This document shows positions 1 through 13,969 of a stretch of DNA of 64,000 nt, piece by piece. Source of the stretch: Bilabrum cf. latius. Its lineage: Eukaryota. The notes below the pieces were generated by a model that saw only the letters and a list, made by a program, of their open reading frames with translations, was not told the DNA's origin and did no database searches. The translations under genes were made by a program, and so were the position numbers. Positions within the stretch are counted from its first letter, which is position 1. Every line of letters starts with the position of its first letter. The DNA is taken from NCBI GenBank assembly GCA_965178125.1, contig OZ237740.1:1054001-1118000 (forward strand), read 5' to 3'.

Positions 1-1848
1 GCTGTCAGCAGCAGCACCCCTTCGTCCGACGCTCGCCGGTTCCTGCTCCTCTTCCTCTTCATCCTCCTCTTCATCAGTAAGCCCCATGCGCCGGCAAGCA
101 TCGGCACCAAGCTCCATGTCGCCGTGCACGGCCGCGTACCACACGTCACACCACGCCCGTCGGAACGAAGGAGACAGCCTGCTGTACATGCCGTGGTCGA
201 GCATCACGAGCTCGAACGGGCGGTCCACGCCACCGCGGTACATCTCCCCCGCGGCCTTCTTCGCGAACTCGCCCGCGGCCCGTGACATCTGCTGCCCGCG
301 ATCGCCTCGACGCTTGGCTCCATCGCTCCTGCCAGATGCACGCTCTTCTCCTTCCCGCACTCGTGCGTCCGCGCCTTGCACGGCGGCATCGATGGCCTCT
401 TTGGCCTCTTTGGCTCTCCTCTCCGCCTCTATTGCCTGCTGCCTCCAGGGCCCCTCCTCCCCGAGGGGCCGCACAAGGATGTTCCCGGGGTGAGGGTCGC
501 AGTGCACCAGGCCTGCCTCGAACATGAGTGAGGAATAGGCAGCGATCACCCTCCGGGCCACCGTTTCGGGCCGCACGCCCCTCCTCTGCAGCTCTTGGTA
601 GCCCTCCTTGGTGGGCTTGACCCCGCCCGCCAGCTGCATAGTGAGCACTCGGCGTGTCGTCAACCCCCAAGCCACGCCTGGCACCGCGACGGCTCCGTCC
701 GCTGGACTAGATGTGAGCCAATCCCGCCACCCATCGGGGCCCCACCCGCGGCCACCAGCCGCATCGCTCCGCGACATCCACGAAGCAGACGGCGAAGACG
801 ACGCCAACGACGAGGACGAGGCATCCGAGTCGTTGCCACCGCCCACGCTCGCCGCTCCGAACCGACGAGACATCGCCGCCCGGGCCCTCGCGGCGTTGTG
901 ACCCTCCTGTGCGAAATCCAGCTCCAGCGCCAGCACCTGCTCGTAGTCGGGAAGCAGCCACTTGTAGTCGTGCTGCGGAAACAGCCAGGCAAGTGCCCCG
1001 GCGATCGCTCGCATGCCGAGGATGTCGCCCAGCGCCCGGCCGGCTAGCCCCGGATACTGGACCTTCACTGCAACCTCTTGGCCTGCGGCACGAGAGCTTG
1101 ATGAGCCACTGGCAGGCACACCGCCGTTGCGCAGCCTAGCTCGGTGCACTTGTGCCAGGGATGCCCGGCCCAGCGGCTCGGGGTCGAACGTCTCAAACAG
1201 GTCGCTGCAGTCCTCTGCACCACACCTTAGCTCTCTGCGGGCCACAGCCAGCGCCTCTGATGCCGTGATTCCCTTCGCAGCGTCGGTGAGCTCTGATAGT
1301 GTCTTGGTGTACTCATCTGGCAGAGCGTTCGACATGGTGCTCGCATACTGCCCTGCCTTACAGTATATCCCTCCCAGTCCTTTGCACATCCGCAGCACCC
1401 GTTTAGCAGCAGCCAAGTTCAACGCCTTTTCTTGGAGAGAGAGCGCCTCGGCTTGATCGCCGTGCCTAGATTCCATGGCGGCTCGCGCAGCTAGGAACAG
1501 GGGGTCGCGAACCAAGGCAGGTGGGAGCGGTGCGCGCTTTGGCGGTTTTTGTTTCTGCGCACGCTTACGCTTCTTGCCACTTGTGGTACTGTCCGCATCG
1601 GCGGTCGAGGCTGGTGACGTCCAGCCAGGCCCCAGCGCAACCCCAAGCCTCTCAGCATGGCTCAAAACAAGCTATCGAGCCTCTTCATCGCACAATTTCC
1701 GAGTGCTCTTGTGTTTCTAGTCGTGGAAGTAATACCCTGCCCCGACGAAAGCTGCGGTGGAACCGGCCCAGAGAAATCGCCGAGAGCCTGACCAAGCCAG
1801 CTGCAGGTTTCGCAGAACGGACTGCGGCCCAGAAGTAGATGATTCCAT
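1..1848 (-). CDS. ABC1/UbiB-family atypical kinase (ADCK1/ADCK5-like); 3' end runs off the window
   Basis: Manual translation from ATG 1848 through TAGs at 1717 and 1672 gives KAGQYAST, PLGRASLAQVHRARL, VAVKVQYP, LELDFAQEG, VHCDPHPGNILVR and LVMLDHGMY, the ABC1 kinase motifs. It is missing from the ORF track because no stop lies inside the window. Confidence 0.9.
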
Positions 1849-2132
1849 GCGAATATAGCACAGAGATCGAGCTAGGTATTCTTGTTGTGACGCGGAGTTC
1901 AAATTTGAGATAGTTTTTTATTGCTGACGTGCCGTCAAACGAGAAGGAGAACAGATTATCAGTCTTGGATCATCATGCCACAGTGTGGACACACAAGCCA
2001 AGCAAATACCACGGCGCTTGCGCACTAGTGGCTCAGACCAAAAAACACACGAAGCCATCACACGAGACGAGATGGAAACATCACAGCTCCTCCGTGGAGG
2101 ATTCAAAGCCTTCATTCAAGCTGGCTTCCTAA

Positions 2133-4964
2133 TTATTCCATGGCGTGGTACGTCTGCTGCCCGGACTCCCCGGAAGCGTTGATTGGATCCGCAGACGCTC
2201 CAGCCCGCGCTCCACGTAGCATGTAGAATAGGCCCAGACCGAGCCCCACCACCACCACCGCTCCTGCGACGCTGCCTCCGATGATCAGCCCAGGGTTGGT
2301 CGGCTTGCTGGGGCCGCTCGGGCTCGTGCTGGGGCTCGGGAGGGGCGACGGGTCCGGCACGTACCCTCCGTTGCAGAACGTCAGCGCCAGCGAGTTGTTC
2401 CCCGCCAGGAACCGATCGGCGAGAGGCACCCCGGGGCCCTGTGCCGGGGGAGGGGAGAGAGGGCTGCACTGGAACGGGGCTACGGGCCAGCTCTGCTGCG
2501 ACAGGGTCGGGTAGCAGGGCAAGCTGCCGCCCATGCCCGAATCCAGGGCATCTCCTCCGCAGAAGCCGCACCCAGGCTCCTAAGCGCACGTCCAGCACAT
2601 GTCCAGCTGTGACTCGCCAGTCTGCTTGGTCTACATGCAGGCACGAGGAGCGGACAGGTCAACCATGGCTGCCACAACCATGGAACCAACGGTACCTGGA
2701 ACAATGACAACTCCCGGTGGCATGTTCATGACGGCAGAGACAAGCACGTGCCTGCCGTCGTTGCAGGTGGGATGGATGATTGCATTTTGGGACGCAGACG
2801 CGGCCATCTGCCACTTGGGACCGCCTCCCAGATCATGCACGGAAGCGTCCCGCCGATGCACCATCGCGGCCCTCATCGCTCGAGCGGCCCTACCGACCTG
2901 CTTGCTCACCACGTCGTGAAGCACGCGCCAAGCAGCATCACCGCTTGTGGGCACGGCTGCTTCCCCGCTCTCCCCCTTCAGGGTATCATAGTGCTCTTCA
3001 AGGAGCGAGTGCAGCTCCTCGGGGCTTCGCACCCGCGGCACGAGCGATGTGTCATCGTTCGTCTCGCCAGCGAGTGCCCTGATCGCAGGGGACGGCTGCG
3101 CGGGCCACTCGTCGTCGTCATCGGTGGGACTGGCCGGCACTGCAGGGTCGAGCAAAACCGACCGGATCCTGGTTCGTGCGTCGTCCGTGAGCTCAGGGTA
3201 CGGCTGTGCCGCCCTCCCAGCGTTCGGGATGAGGATGGCGAGCCCTTGCAGCTTGCTCTCAAAGGGCTCCAGGTTGCTGTTGGTCACTGCGACAAAGGCC
3301 ATCAGCGTGCTCTAGTCGTTGCCCAAGCTGCTGCTGCTGCCCCGCACTAATCCCTGGGGGCCCACGTTTTTGGGGTTCACGCTGCTGTCAACTGCCACGA
3401 GACCGGGGGATGCGATGTACGTGGTGGTGAACTGGATGCCATACACCGAGTTGTCGATGTTCTGCACCTGCCTCTGGATCCACAGCACGTCCAGCGTGGC
3501 GGGGGCAGCAACGGCGCGCCGCGAATCGGCAGCGCTGCCCGTGGGCTGCTTAACGCCGTACATGTTGCCGCAGCTGTCCAGCACCACGAAAATGTCGACC
3601 CCGCCGACCCGGATTCGCTCGGGGCGTGAGGCGACAGCGGGCACGCTCGAGGTGCAGGTGAACTGTTTGCCCTGCCCTTTCTGAGCCGCAGTCCGCGGCA
3701 CCCAGTCGGACTGGGCCATGAGGCCCCCGTCCTCGTGCGACAGACACACGACCCGCGACACGAACTCCGGCTCGCCCAGTCCCGGGAGGCCCGTTCGGCT
3801 CAAGGAAGCGCACAGGGGGACTGCCCTGCCGTTAGACACCGCGTCTCCGCCGGCCAGCGGGGTCTGCGGCGCGGTGTACGCAGCGGTGTTGAATGCGCTC
3901 ATGTACACGGAGGAGTTGCTGCGCAGGAACTGCGGCTCCACAAGAGAGCTCGCGTTCCTGCGCCACGCTGCTTCGCCGGACCACGGGTCGACTCCGATCG
4001 CGCTCGCTCTCGTCACGCGTTGCGGCCTGCCAGTCGAGGGATCTGTTCCATTCTCCACGCCCCCGAATGTGGTCGCGATTCGGACGGACTTCATGTCAGA
4101 TACCTTGGTGGAAGCATTCAGAACTCCGACTGGATCCGAAACTGCGAATTCAAGACCGCACTGCGATCCGGGCGAGCCGGTGGTGCTGGAACACGCCAGC
4201 AAGTCAATCGCCCACATAGAGGGTACTGGAACTTTATCGGCCGATCCTGTCTGTGCACTGAGCGCCGTCGTGTTGAGCATTTCAAGTCGAAGGATCGCAC
4301 TGCCATTGGTGAGCCAAGTGTTCTTTTCTCCGTACGTTGTGTAGGAAACAACCGCAAAGCGCGGATTTTTATTCAGAGTCGGATCGCGCACAGCAATTGG
4401 AGTGGTCACCCTGCCATTATTTCCAGAGGGGATCGTTCCGAGAGGCGCGAACGATTCGCTGACAGGCGCGACGTAGCTGGGGTGCGTAGCCAGCGCGATC
4501 TACCCGCTGCTACTCTGCACTAAGAATCCATACGGTTGATCAGTTGCATCTAGAATGTACCCAACCGGCTGGGACACGGCGTATGGCTCTCCAAGCGAAA
4601 TGATCGAGTAGCCCATATTCGCATTGGGTGTCACACTCGGTGCCTGTGCCCCGCTTCCATCACCGTTGCATACCTACGAACTCTACTGAATATCAATTGA
4701 AATAATCCGCGTTTCCCGGATAGGTTGTCCCTGCCCAAACTCGCCGTGGTATTTGGGAGGAGTGTACTCGGATGATGCCGACGCCACGAGGAACTGCGTG
4801 GGATATTGAGGGTTTCGAATGAATCGTCCGCTCAAGAGCGACGTCCCGCTGGCACTTCCAGGTACACTAAATCCATCATACTTTGTCACACTTGCGCGAA
4901 CAGCAGAAGCCAGCAGTAGGCTTGCGAGCATGATCCTCTTATTAATGGTTCTCCGGTGCACCAT
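2133..4964 (-). CDS. Single-pass type I membrane protein (~943 aa): signal peptide, large ectodomain, PSI-like Cys cluster, C-terminal TM helix
   Basis: One frame joined across TAGs at 4683, 4674, 4500, 3312, 2631 and 2580; ends at TAA 2133. N-terminal MLASLLLASAVRA, Cys cluster CWTCA*EPGCGFC, TM segment LIIGGSVAGAVVVVGLGLGLFY. Confidence 0.7.
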
Positions 4965-5114
4965 TCGCGAAATGTCCGAGAAACGCCAGCGAAAATTCGA
5001 AGGGTCAGCTACGGTTCCCGCTTAATTTACATGTTGCACTCTGCCGTGAATCAGAGTATGCACAGCTTATACAGTGCCAACCAAGTGGTAGCGCAACCGC
5101 TGATATAGAAGATC

Positions 5115-8100
5115 TCAAGAGGCCACCCTTGCCACCGCGCCCGCCCTGATACTGGCCCCTGAAAACCGAAACTCCCTCCACGCCTTGATGGTCTCCAGCG
5201 CGGTAGCTGCCAAAGAATAGCGAGGACTGGCCCCCACCCCTGCCCCTGCCCCATCAGATGATCCATCGTCTGAACTGCCGTCCAACGCGTCCTGCAGCTT
5301 CAGCACGCATAGCACTAGGGATCGGGCCGCTCTCACGTCTGCCGTCCTCAGTACCCCGCCGCCGTCGCTGCCCCCCGTACCCCCTTTGTGCTTCCCTGGG
5401 TCATCTACATCGCGGTATACGTGAAATTTTAGTGCAGCCAGGCAGTCGCAGTCATCCACCAGCCCCCGACCGCACACTCTTAGCGCCGATGCGGCTGAAA
5501 GTCCTCCCAAATCGGAAAACGGAGACACTGGCTCATCAGGGCGACCAGCGCCACCCTCTTCAAGCGTCGCGTGCTTGCCGCTGCTGCTGCTATCCGCGTC
5601 TACTGCGGCCGTCCCGTCGACAGGTGCATGCAGCTGAACACCGTCCAAGTGCGCTGCAAGCCGGCACAAGCTGTCCAGCACGGCAGCTGCAGAACTAGAC
5701 AGTATGTCCTATTGCCCTTCCACAGCCAGTCGCTGATAATTGATACCACCGGTGACGCTTCCATGCGTGCTAATCGACAGATCCAAGGCAGTGGCGAGGT
5801 CTGTGGACACATGACTCGTCTCCCATGACTCATCTCCCTGATGCGTCGCTGGCTTAAATCGATTGCCAGCCTCAGCGAGTGCCTTGGCTGCTGCGGTCTT
5901 GGCTGCTTCTGCGGCCAGTACACCCGACGACGATGGGGCTGCAGCCTTTGCTGCTTGCAAAGCGGCGTTGCAGAACGAACCAGCGACTGCGCCCCACGCA
6001 AGCCACGCGGCCCCCGCTGCCTTGACTGCGTCTACCACCAGCACGTCATCGCCAGCGCTTGAGAGCGAGTCTAGGCTTGAGCCCATGCTTGGGCTCTCTG
6101 TATTTGCCCGACCCGTATGCACACCGTGCTTTGCACACTCCTACACGGTCCTTGAGACTACTTCGGGCCACGCGACAGCAAGTCCAGGGCAGGCCGACTC
6201 GCTGCACGCCGGCATCAGCGCGGCCAGTTGCTCTTCCACCTTGGCCGCCAGTGCGAGCCTGGCCACTCCTGGCGGGGGCAATGCCAAACCATCTCCCGCT
6301 TCCCCGTAAGCAACTGCGCCATGCATCCCCTGCGCACCCTCAGACTCACCTGCATCTACCTCATTGTGGGTCTGCTTGAGAGCTCGGTTGCAGGCACGGA
6401 TGGCAGCTCGAAGACTGGCTAATCCGGGCACGCTTCGCAGTGCAATACCGGCAAAGAGGCCTGAGCCTTGCCCCAGCAGTAGGTTTCGCACCATGCTGCT
6501 CATGCCACTGCCTGTTCCTAGCAGCACAGCAACGTCGGAGCCATCGAGGCGCCAGCCGGCGGATTGCGGCACCAGGAGTCGAGCAAGCGCCCTTCCAGCG
6601 TGGTCTTGGTCTGCCTTGGCGAGCAGAGGCACCGCCGCTGCAGTGGCAAACGTAACGCCTCCAAGCAAAGCATCACTCGCTGCTATGCTCTAGCAGGCAG
6701 AGCGCAAGATGGATGCCGGTGCCGCTACGACGTCTCTCGCCGGACTCGCGCTGAGTGCAGATGCGGCTGCTGCGTGCATCAGGGGGTTGCCCACCGCAGC
6801 CGCCATGTCAGCACCGAATGGACGAATGCTGGCAGAGCTTAGCACCGCCCGGACAAGATCCCGACACACCCCATCCACCGACACGTCCTCCAGTACAGCC
6901 GCACACACGTCTTCAATGTCGCCGGCCAGATGCTCGCGCCTCGTGCGTGCCGCCAAGCCCTAGTCTTGAGATCCACCACGCGGGGCCACGGGCTGCGGCA
7001 CGTCAACCCAGGGCTGCTGCTGCAGGAGCTGAGCCACGGATGCCTGAATGCGCCCTTCCGCCTTGGCGTGCGCCGCCCCCTTGAATCGACCGGCGCCCGG
7101 TCGGCTGGCAGCACCGCTGCCCCTAGCGCTGGTCAGCACGAGACCCGCCAGCTCAGCAGCCTGCAGCTTGATCAGCTCCCGACGCAGGGGACTGACACGG
7201 AAGACCGATTGGTCACTAGTGCTTCCCTTGCTGCTGGAAGCCTCCTCGAGGTGCGCGAGACCATGCATCAGGGACAGCGGCGCAGATGGTCGGAAGGACC
7301 GGTGCACGTAGCGTCGAAGGTGCAGCGGGAGCGAGCTGCCCTCTGCAATGCACCTCTTCCGAAACGTCCTCTGGATCCTGATCGCGCACATCATGCGGGC
7401 GCTTCTCTGTGAAAGCACGAGGGCAGTGGAGCCCACCGCATCGCCCTGCCTATCAACAGCACCCCCGCCACCAGTTAGAAGCAGCCGCCCGGGCTGGGTG
7501 CTAGCGGTCCCCATCGCGCCGCTGTCCTCGTCTAGAGTCCGTCCCTCATGTCCATTTGCTACGTCAACTGGCAGGGGGCCCGACCGGAGGGCGTTCTCTA
7601 GTGCAGCCAGCTCGCGGTCCGACCGAACCACAGCCAAGGTGCCTCCGAGGTCACCCGAGTCCTCCAGCACGCAGTGCTTTGCACGCAGCAAAGCAAGCAA
7701 GTACCTCCGATACGCCTGCAGCATGCGCCTGCCGTCAGGAGGAGCAGATGCGGCAGACATCTCAGATGCCTTTGCAACGACGGCAGGGTCCGTATCTGCA
7801 GGTCCGCTGACCCCTTTCCCGGGCTCGTTCAGCACGCGGCTACCTCCCTACGTGCTTACCTGTGAGGCACTGAGGATGCTTGCGTCAGCAAGCCGTCGTG
7901 CCGCTTGCATACGCAGGCGGGGCATGGATAGCGCTGCCTCCGTGGTCCAAAGCACGTCTTCATCGGGTGGTTCCAGCCCCAGGGCGCGCTGGGTTTCTGT
8001 GGCGAGCGTGTGCCTAGCTTCCAGCACGGCCCTCTGAACCGAGGCAGGCAGCATACCGAGGCCAGACTGCAGCACCTTCCCCAGAGCCACGTCGCCCGAG

Positions 8101-11100
8101 TGCGCCCCTGCTGCAGCAGAGACTACCGCCCTGGAGCCCAGCCCAAATAGGTCCCTTTCCAGCAGCCTGGACCGCATCGACACGACGTGCACCAGCGAGG
8201 CCATCTGCTGCGGGGTCCATGCGAGCAAGAGGTTTCGTGACAAGGCGCCGCCCCACATTCCGGCGGACTGGGCCGCTTGCGCCGCCACGGCACTTCCCGA
8301 TGCGGCTGCAGCCACGAGGTCCCGCTCCTCGCTGCTATCACCGTTGCCGAGACCCTGCTCCCTCGCAGCGTACTGAGCCAGCTGTCCCGCGATGCGGCCA
8401 TTCTCCACTGCAGGCGCCCACCCGTCCGCCGACAGCTCCGGCAAGGACAGCGAGCGCGCCAGCAGCCCGCGGGCCTCTATGCTCCGCCACAGCGACGCAA
8501 CGTTGACTCGCCCAGCCCCACCAAGCCTGACCGCCGTCTTCGCCATGAGGCCGCTGTACACAAAGTAGGCGTCTGCGAATACTCCGCACGCCTCTAGCAA
8601 GGTCACAGACGGGCACAGCTGGGCGAGAACCTGGAGCGTTTGCCGCATGCTGAGACTGGTCGACGCCTGCCCGAGGAGAAACCTGTCGCGGTGACCCTCG
8701 GAGATGGTCTCTGGTGCCAGCAGCAGGGATGCAGCGTCAGCGCCGCGCCGATGCCGCCGCCTGTCCCGCCTCGCGCGCCCGGTTCCTGTCTTGCCTGCCT
8801 TGGCCTGTTGCTGGTTGCCTGCCTCGTCTTGGTCCCTTTCGCTCCCTTCCTCCGCGTCCGCTGGTTGCGATCCTGTTTCGTCTTGTTCGGCCTGGGTTCC
8901 GGCAAGCGCATCGAACGACGGGAGCTTGGAGGCTGCACGAACCGCCTCGAGCACTTCATCCTCCCTGCAGTGGCTAGCTATGGGGTCGCACGGGCGGGCG
9001 GCTCGGCTACGGCGCCATCCATCCCTGGGTGCCGGTGGCTAGGGGATGGCAGCAAGGTTGGGGTTGTCATCATCCCCATCGCTGTCCACATCCACGGCCG
9101 GCTCCCCCGCGATACTGTCGTCACGCTCGCGCACAGAAACTTCCTTGCTAAACGGGCTCTGGCTGGCCTGCTGCATGGCGTGCACGAGCTCTGCATCCCT
9201 CGCAGCCTGTTCCCTGCGGTACACCCTCAGCAGCACCTCGAGCACCTCGAACAGGTCCACGCACCTGAGCTCCCTCCGGTAGAACTGGTCCATACGCTCC
9301 TGGTGGCTGATCAGCTCGATGGCGTCGTCGTCCTGCTCATCTGTACCCGTTGCTCCGTTCAGATCGACGAGGCTGGATCGGCGACGCTGGCGGCTTGCGG
9401 CGGGAGACGCGCCCCCGTCGCCTGCGATGGCCGAGCTGGCGACGCTTCCTCGCCTGGACGGTGAAGCAGCGCCCTGCGACGCGGCACTGCCACCCACGCT
9501 GCTGCTAGGGTGCGATGCATCGGCGGATGCTGCAGCATCGGCAGGGACAAACTCACCCTTGTTGTTTTGCTGCTCCATCTCTGCGTTCATTCTCTGGATC
9601 ATCGCCTTGTCCGAGGTGGCCATCGCTGATAGCGACTCGTGGCCTCGCATCCCCCGTAGCAGCGCGGCTGCAGACTTCCTCTGACTCGCAGACATGTGCC
9701 TCGGGAGGCGACCCTCCGCCAGTCTCGATTTTTCGCGCACTGCCTTCAATGCCGCTGCACGCTGTTCGGCGGGCGCAGCTCGGAGCAGGTAGACGACCGC
9801 AGAGGTCGCGCGGGCCATCGGAATCCACACCCTGCGAGCTGGCAAGAGCCTCCATTCCTTTCTCCAGGGTACCTCGGACGCGTGGGGGGGCAGCACATCC
9901 GCACGGCTGTCGGGTGCAGGCTCAAAGACACCGCCGTCGTCAACCTCAGTTTCGGGATCTTCCCATCCGACAGGCCCCAGCCGGCTCGCAGCATCGTAGC
10001 AGTCGCTACCATGCGGAGCTCCGTCTGAAGCATGCTGCCCACCAGCTCCGCTTGAAGCCCCCGTGCCCGTGCTCTCGCCACCAGCGTCGGTGCCAGCTGT
10101 CGCTCCGTAGCTTTCTTCTCGCCTGGCCTCATACGCCTTGTTCAGTCGCTCTCGACCCACTGCCTTCTCGCAATCGAACCACAGCGGCGGATGCACCACT
10201 GCTGCATCTGCATCCTGTTCTGCAACCCTCTCCATTTGGGCCAGCTTCATCTCCTGGGATGAGTCAAACGGCAGCATGCGGACTACGAGCGGCATGTCGC
10301 TTGCACTGGAGGCCACCCATCGAGGCCCGTACCTTGCGCCCCACCAGCGCACCGTCTCCATCCCAGTCCACACCGCACTGCTGGAATCCGTTCCTCCGGC
10401 TCCTTGCGCGCCCGCATCCACCATGGCCTTGTCGGGGACAGACACGCCCGTGTCCGCCCCCGAGCTCAGCAGCAGCCGCAGCGCCATGAGCACGTACTCG
10501 AGCCCGTCGGAACCGGTGGCGCCGTCCAGCAGCTGCAGGAAGATGCGTCCCTCGGCGCTCCAAGTGGACAGTTCCTTGGCTCCGTAGAACAGCGCCCAGC
10601 GGTCCGCGTCGCCGGGCCCAATCTGGCGCTCCCACCCAGCGGCCTCTCGGCTGCTGTGCGTCGGTCGGAAAGCCTGGCTGCGCCGCAGAGCCGCCGCAAT
10701 CGCGGACGAGCTGCTGGTCCCATGCACAAGCGCGAGCCTCGCGATCTCCGATAGGGGGCCCGCAGGACCTATCCCAAGCTGGCCGTCATGGTCCCCACGC
10801 TCGATCTCACGCACGCTCAGGTGATCACCCGCAAACCAAGCGTACGCGTAGTCGGCGAGGGGTGCATACCACGAGGCCGCCGGGCCGGCAGCAGCCCGAA
10901 CCGATGCGTCTATCCTTGCCCTCGACAGCAAGATGGCTCGGATGCACCACTGCACCCACGCGGTCGGCCGAGGGCAGGGCGGGTGTGCCATGCCGCGTCC
11001 AATAGGCCTCAGCATGGCGCGAAACCTGGCGGCCGTCACCCGCAGCGCCCAACCCTTGGCACCTACAGCATCCGTTGTGCTCTCGAGGAGCAGCCTGGTC

Positions 11101-13595
11101 CTCTTTTCCAAAACCATGGACTCCAGTGAGGGAGGCACTGTACCGGCTTCCTTAGTGTGGCCGTCCATTTCAACGGCGACTTGGCGCTGCATCTAGGCGG
11201 TGTCCAGCGCGTCAGAGTCTTCCAGTCGCATGCTAGCCGACTCTCGCTTGCCGACATCGTGGTCGTAGCGCCGCTGCAGCGCCCGCACGTCAGCTTTGGC
11301 TGCGGCTGCCCTACTTCGAAGCGCCAAGCTCTCCGCCTCTACCTCCTTCACCTTCTCCACCTGCTCGTCATACTCGCGAATCACCTTCTCCTTGGCATCC
11401 TGCTCGTCCCTAACCCTGGCCTGCAGCCTCAGCTTGTCCTTGTGAAGCCCCGCCACGGTGAACACCGCGTCTCCCGCGTCCACGGCATCTCCCATCGCCT
11501 GCAGGCTCTCCCGCACCTCTGCCGTCCTTGCCTGCGCCTCGGCCGTCAGGGCTTTCTATCGGTCCAGCCTCTCCTGCCACTGGGCGTCTCTCTCCCGCTG
11601 CTCGCGGTCCAGCTCGGACTTGAGCTCGGCGCGGATCAGCTGCCGGCGGAGGAGGGCAGCGTCCCGCTCCCGTGCCAGTGCCTGCCTGCGCGCCTCCACG
11701 CAGCCCAGGGCACGCACCAGCGACATGGCGAGCTCCTGCCAGCCCATGTGTAGGCGAGCAAACGAGCGCCGTACCAGGGCTGCCTGCTCTGCGCGCTGCT
11801 TGTCGGCTGCGTCGAGGTAGCCTTCCAGATCGCCAGCCGCCAAGTCGCTCCATTTCTGCTGCGAGCCCAAGGCGGCCATTGCTTGAGCAGCCGCCGCGCA
11901 GGCTGCCACGCTCTCCTTGGAGGCCGTCGTCGGTTCGAACTCGCCGAGTGGAGGCAAGTCGTCGGCGTCCACGATGCGGGCAGCAGCCGCGTCCCCGGGC
12001 GCCCCGATGCTTGCGGCCTCGAGCGACCGCGAAGCACGCCATCTGCTCGAACCTCCGCCTGCGTCTGTCTTGCTCCTTCGCATTGGCGTCGGGGCCGGCA
12101 TGAGACCTCCATGGCTTGTCGTGCAACTGGCGTGCTTGCCGTCAGTCTCTCCGGATGCTCCCACCGCCTGCTGCTGCTGGTGCTGCTGCTGCAGCTCCCC
12201 ACGATCCAGCCTCGCGGCCACCTCACCTTCTCGAATCACCTCGGCAATTCGCCTAGCAGCTGCCGCCTTGGCCCGGACTAGCTCACCCTGCACGGTTTCG
12301 TCGGCAGCGTCGCGAGCCTCCGCATCTGCCTTGGACTCCACTCCTCCACCTCCGGGCTCGCGGCCGCTACCTCGGTGCCGGGATGGCGAGCCGGACTTGG
12401 TCGCGCTCGCACCAACTGTACCTTTCCTACTAGCTCGGCCGCCTGGCTATGCCGTGCGCGAAGCTCGCAGGGGCGAACCGAGCGCAGTGGCCACCCTGCT
12501 TCTCACCGTGGACCGGGAGTGCGACCCCGTGCCGCCCACTGCCGACGCCCGCTTGGGGGAGGCGCCACCGGCACCTCCACCTCCTTGCGACACGCGGCCC
12601 GTGGGCCCTGCAGCGGCTAAACGCAGCTCTGCTGCTTGCGGGTTGGCGATTTCCGCGGCGTCGGTGAGTGCCCCGACCAGCTCCTCTCCGCAGTGGTCGA
12701 GCACGAAGCTGAGCATGCTCGTCTGCTCCTTGGCCTTGCTGGCGGAGTACAACGCTCCCGCCCCGCCGTCTCCTCCTCCTCCGCCCCCGCCGTACCTGTA
12801 CCATCTGCCCTCGGCCGTCTGGATCACAGAGCCACCCGCCTGCCGGAGTGCGAATCTTGAGGGCGGCGCTCGCTCGCTGCCGCTGCTGCCGACTGCCTGG
12901 GCCTGCTGCTAGCCGCCGCCACTGGCACGGCTCCTTCCAACTCCCCTGGGAGCGATGTCTGCCCGTAGGGGAGAGCTCAAGGGGTCCAGGGCTCCGGCCC
13001 TGCCCCCTTCCTGTCGCGCTGCCCAGGCAGGCACACGGGGCATCACTGCGGGAGATTCGGAGGCACGCCCACCCTCTCCACGTGGTCCCCGTGGAATGCT
13101 TGTGGCGGTGCTGCGCCGCAGTAGTGACTTGTGTTGTTGCAGTGCACTGGTAGGGTAGCCCTGATCGATGGCAGCTCTTCCTGATAGGCCATCTCCGGTG
13201 CCCGGTAAAGAAGGGAGGCTGCCGGACCTTGCGACCGGACCTTGCGACCCTGTCACAGGCAAGTTCAAAAGGCTGCCGCCGAGCCGAGACACGATACCGC
13301 TTGTATTTGAGGCATTCCTAGAGACTGAAACTGTCGTCCCGCTCCCGGCGGTCCGCTGTCGTGCGATACTCGATTGCTGGCGAGCACTTCGCGTTGCGTG
13401 GCCCGCACGTGTAACTTGAGCCTGCAGAGGCCTTGCTCGGTCTCTGGATGCCTGTAGCACACTTTTGGACTCATCACGCGCACTGCTTCGAAGCACACCC
13501 AGTCGCAGTTCATCGTGCGACCCCTCCGATTGCAAAGCAGCCGCTCGTGGGATCCTCGCGTGCGGGGTACGGCTACGCCTTCTGGCGGCTGCCAT
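5115..13595 (-). CDS. Very large (~2826 aa) coiled-coil/low-complexity protein with an IQ-like motif; function unknown
   Basis: Eleven track ORFs share one frame and are separated only by TAG (12909, 12447, 11556, 11193, 9039, 7848, 6960, 6690, 6141, 5709); the true stop is TGA 5115. Coiled coil around 11200-11850; AIRIQRTFRKR near 7350-7385. Confidence 0.75.
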
Positions 13596-13969
13596 CGGTC
13601 GATGCTGCAGATTAGTTCCATTTGGTCCAGCTTTAGCGTTCGACGACGACCTAATGCTGCTCTGGCGGAGGGGTGCAGGGCTAACACCTTGTGAGATGTT
13701 GGGACTCTGTCGGACCGAGCTGGACGTACTGGGACCCCCGTGTAGGTCCCATTCTGAGCGCTGGCTTCCGTCTATGTACTACATAAAAGGGATTTTGATG
13801 CCTCTGTTTCCCAAAGAGTAATGTGAGAGTGCTTCAATGAGCCCAAACAGCACCTCCCGCGACCCGTTGAAGGCACGTTTTAATCTCCATCTTCATATTT
13901 GGTCGACTTCAAAGCGGCTAGATTCACTGAAGTCGCTGTAATAGTTGGCATAATCGAAGCAGCACAAAT

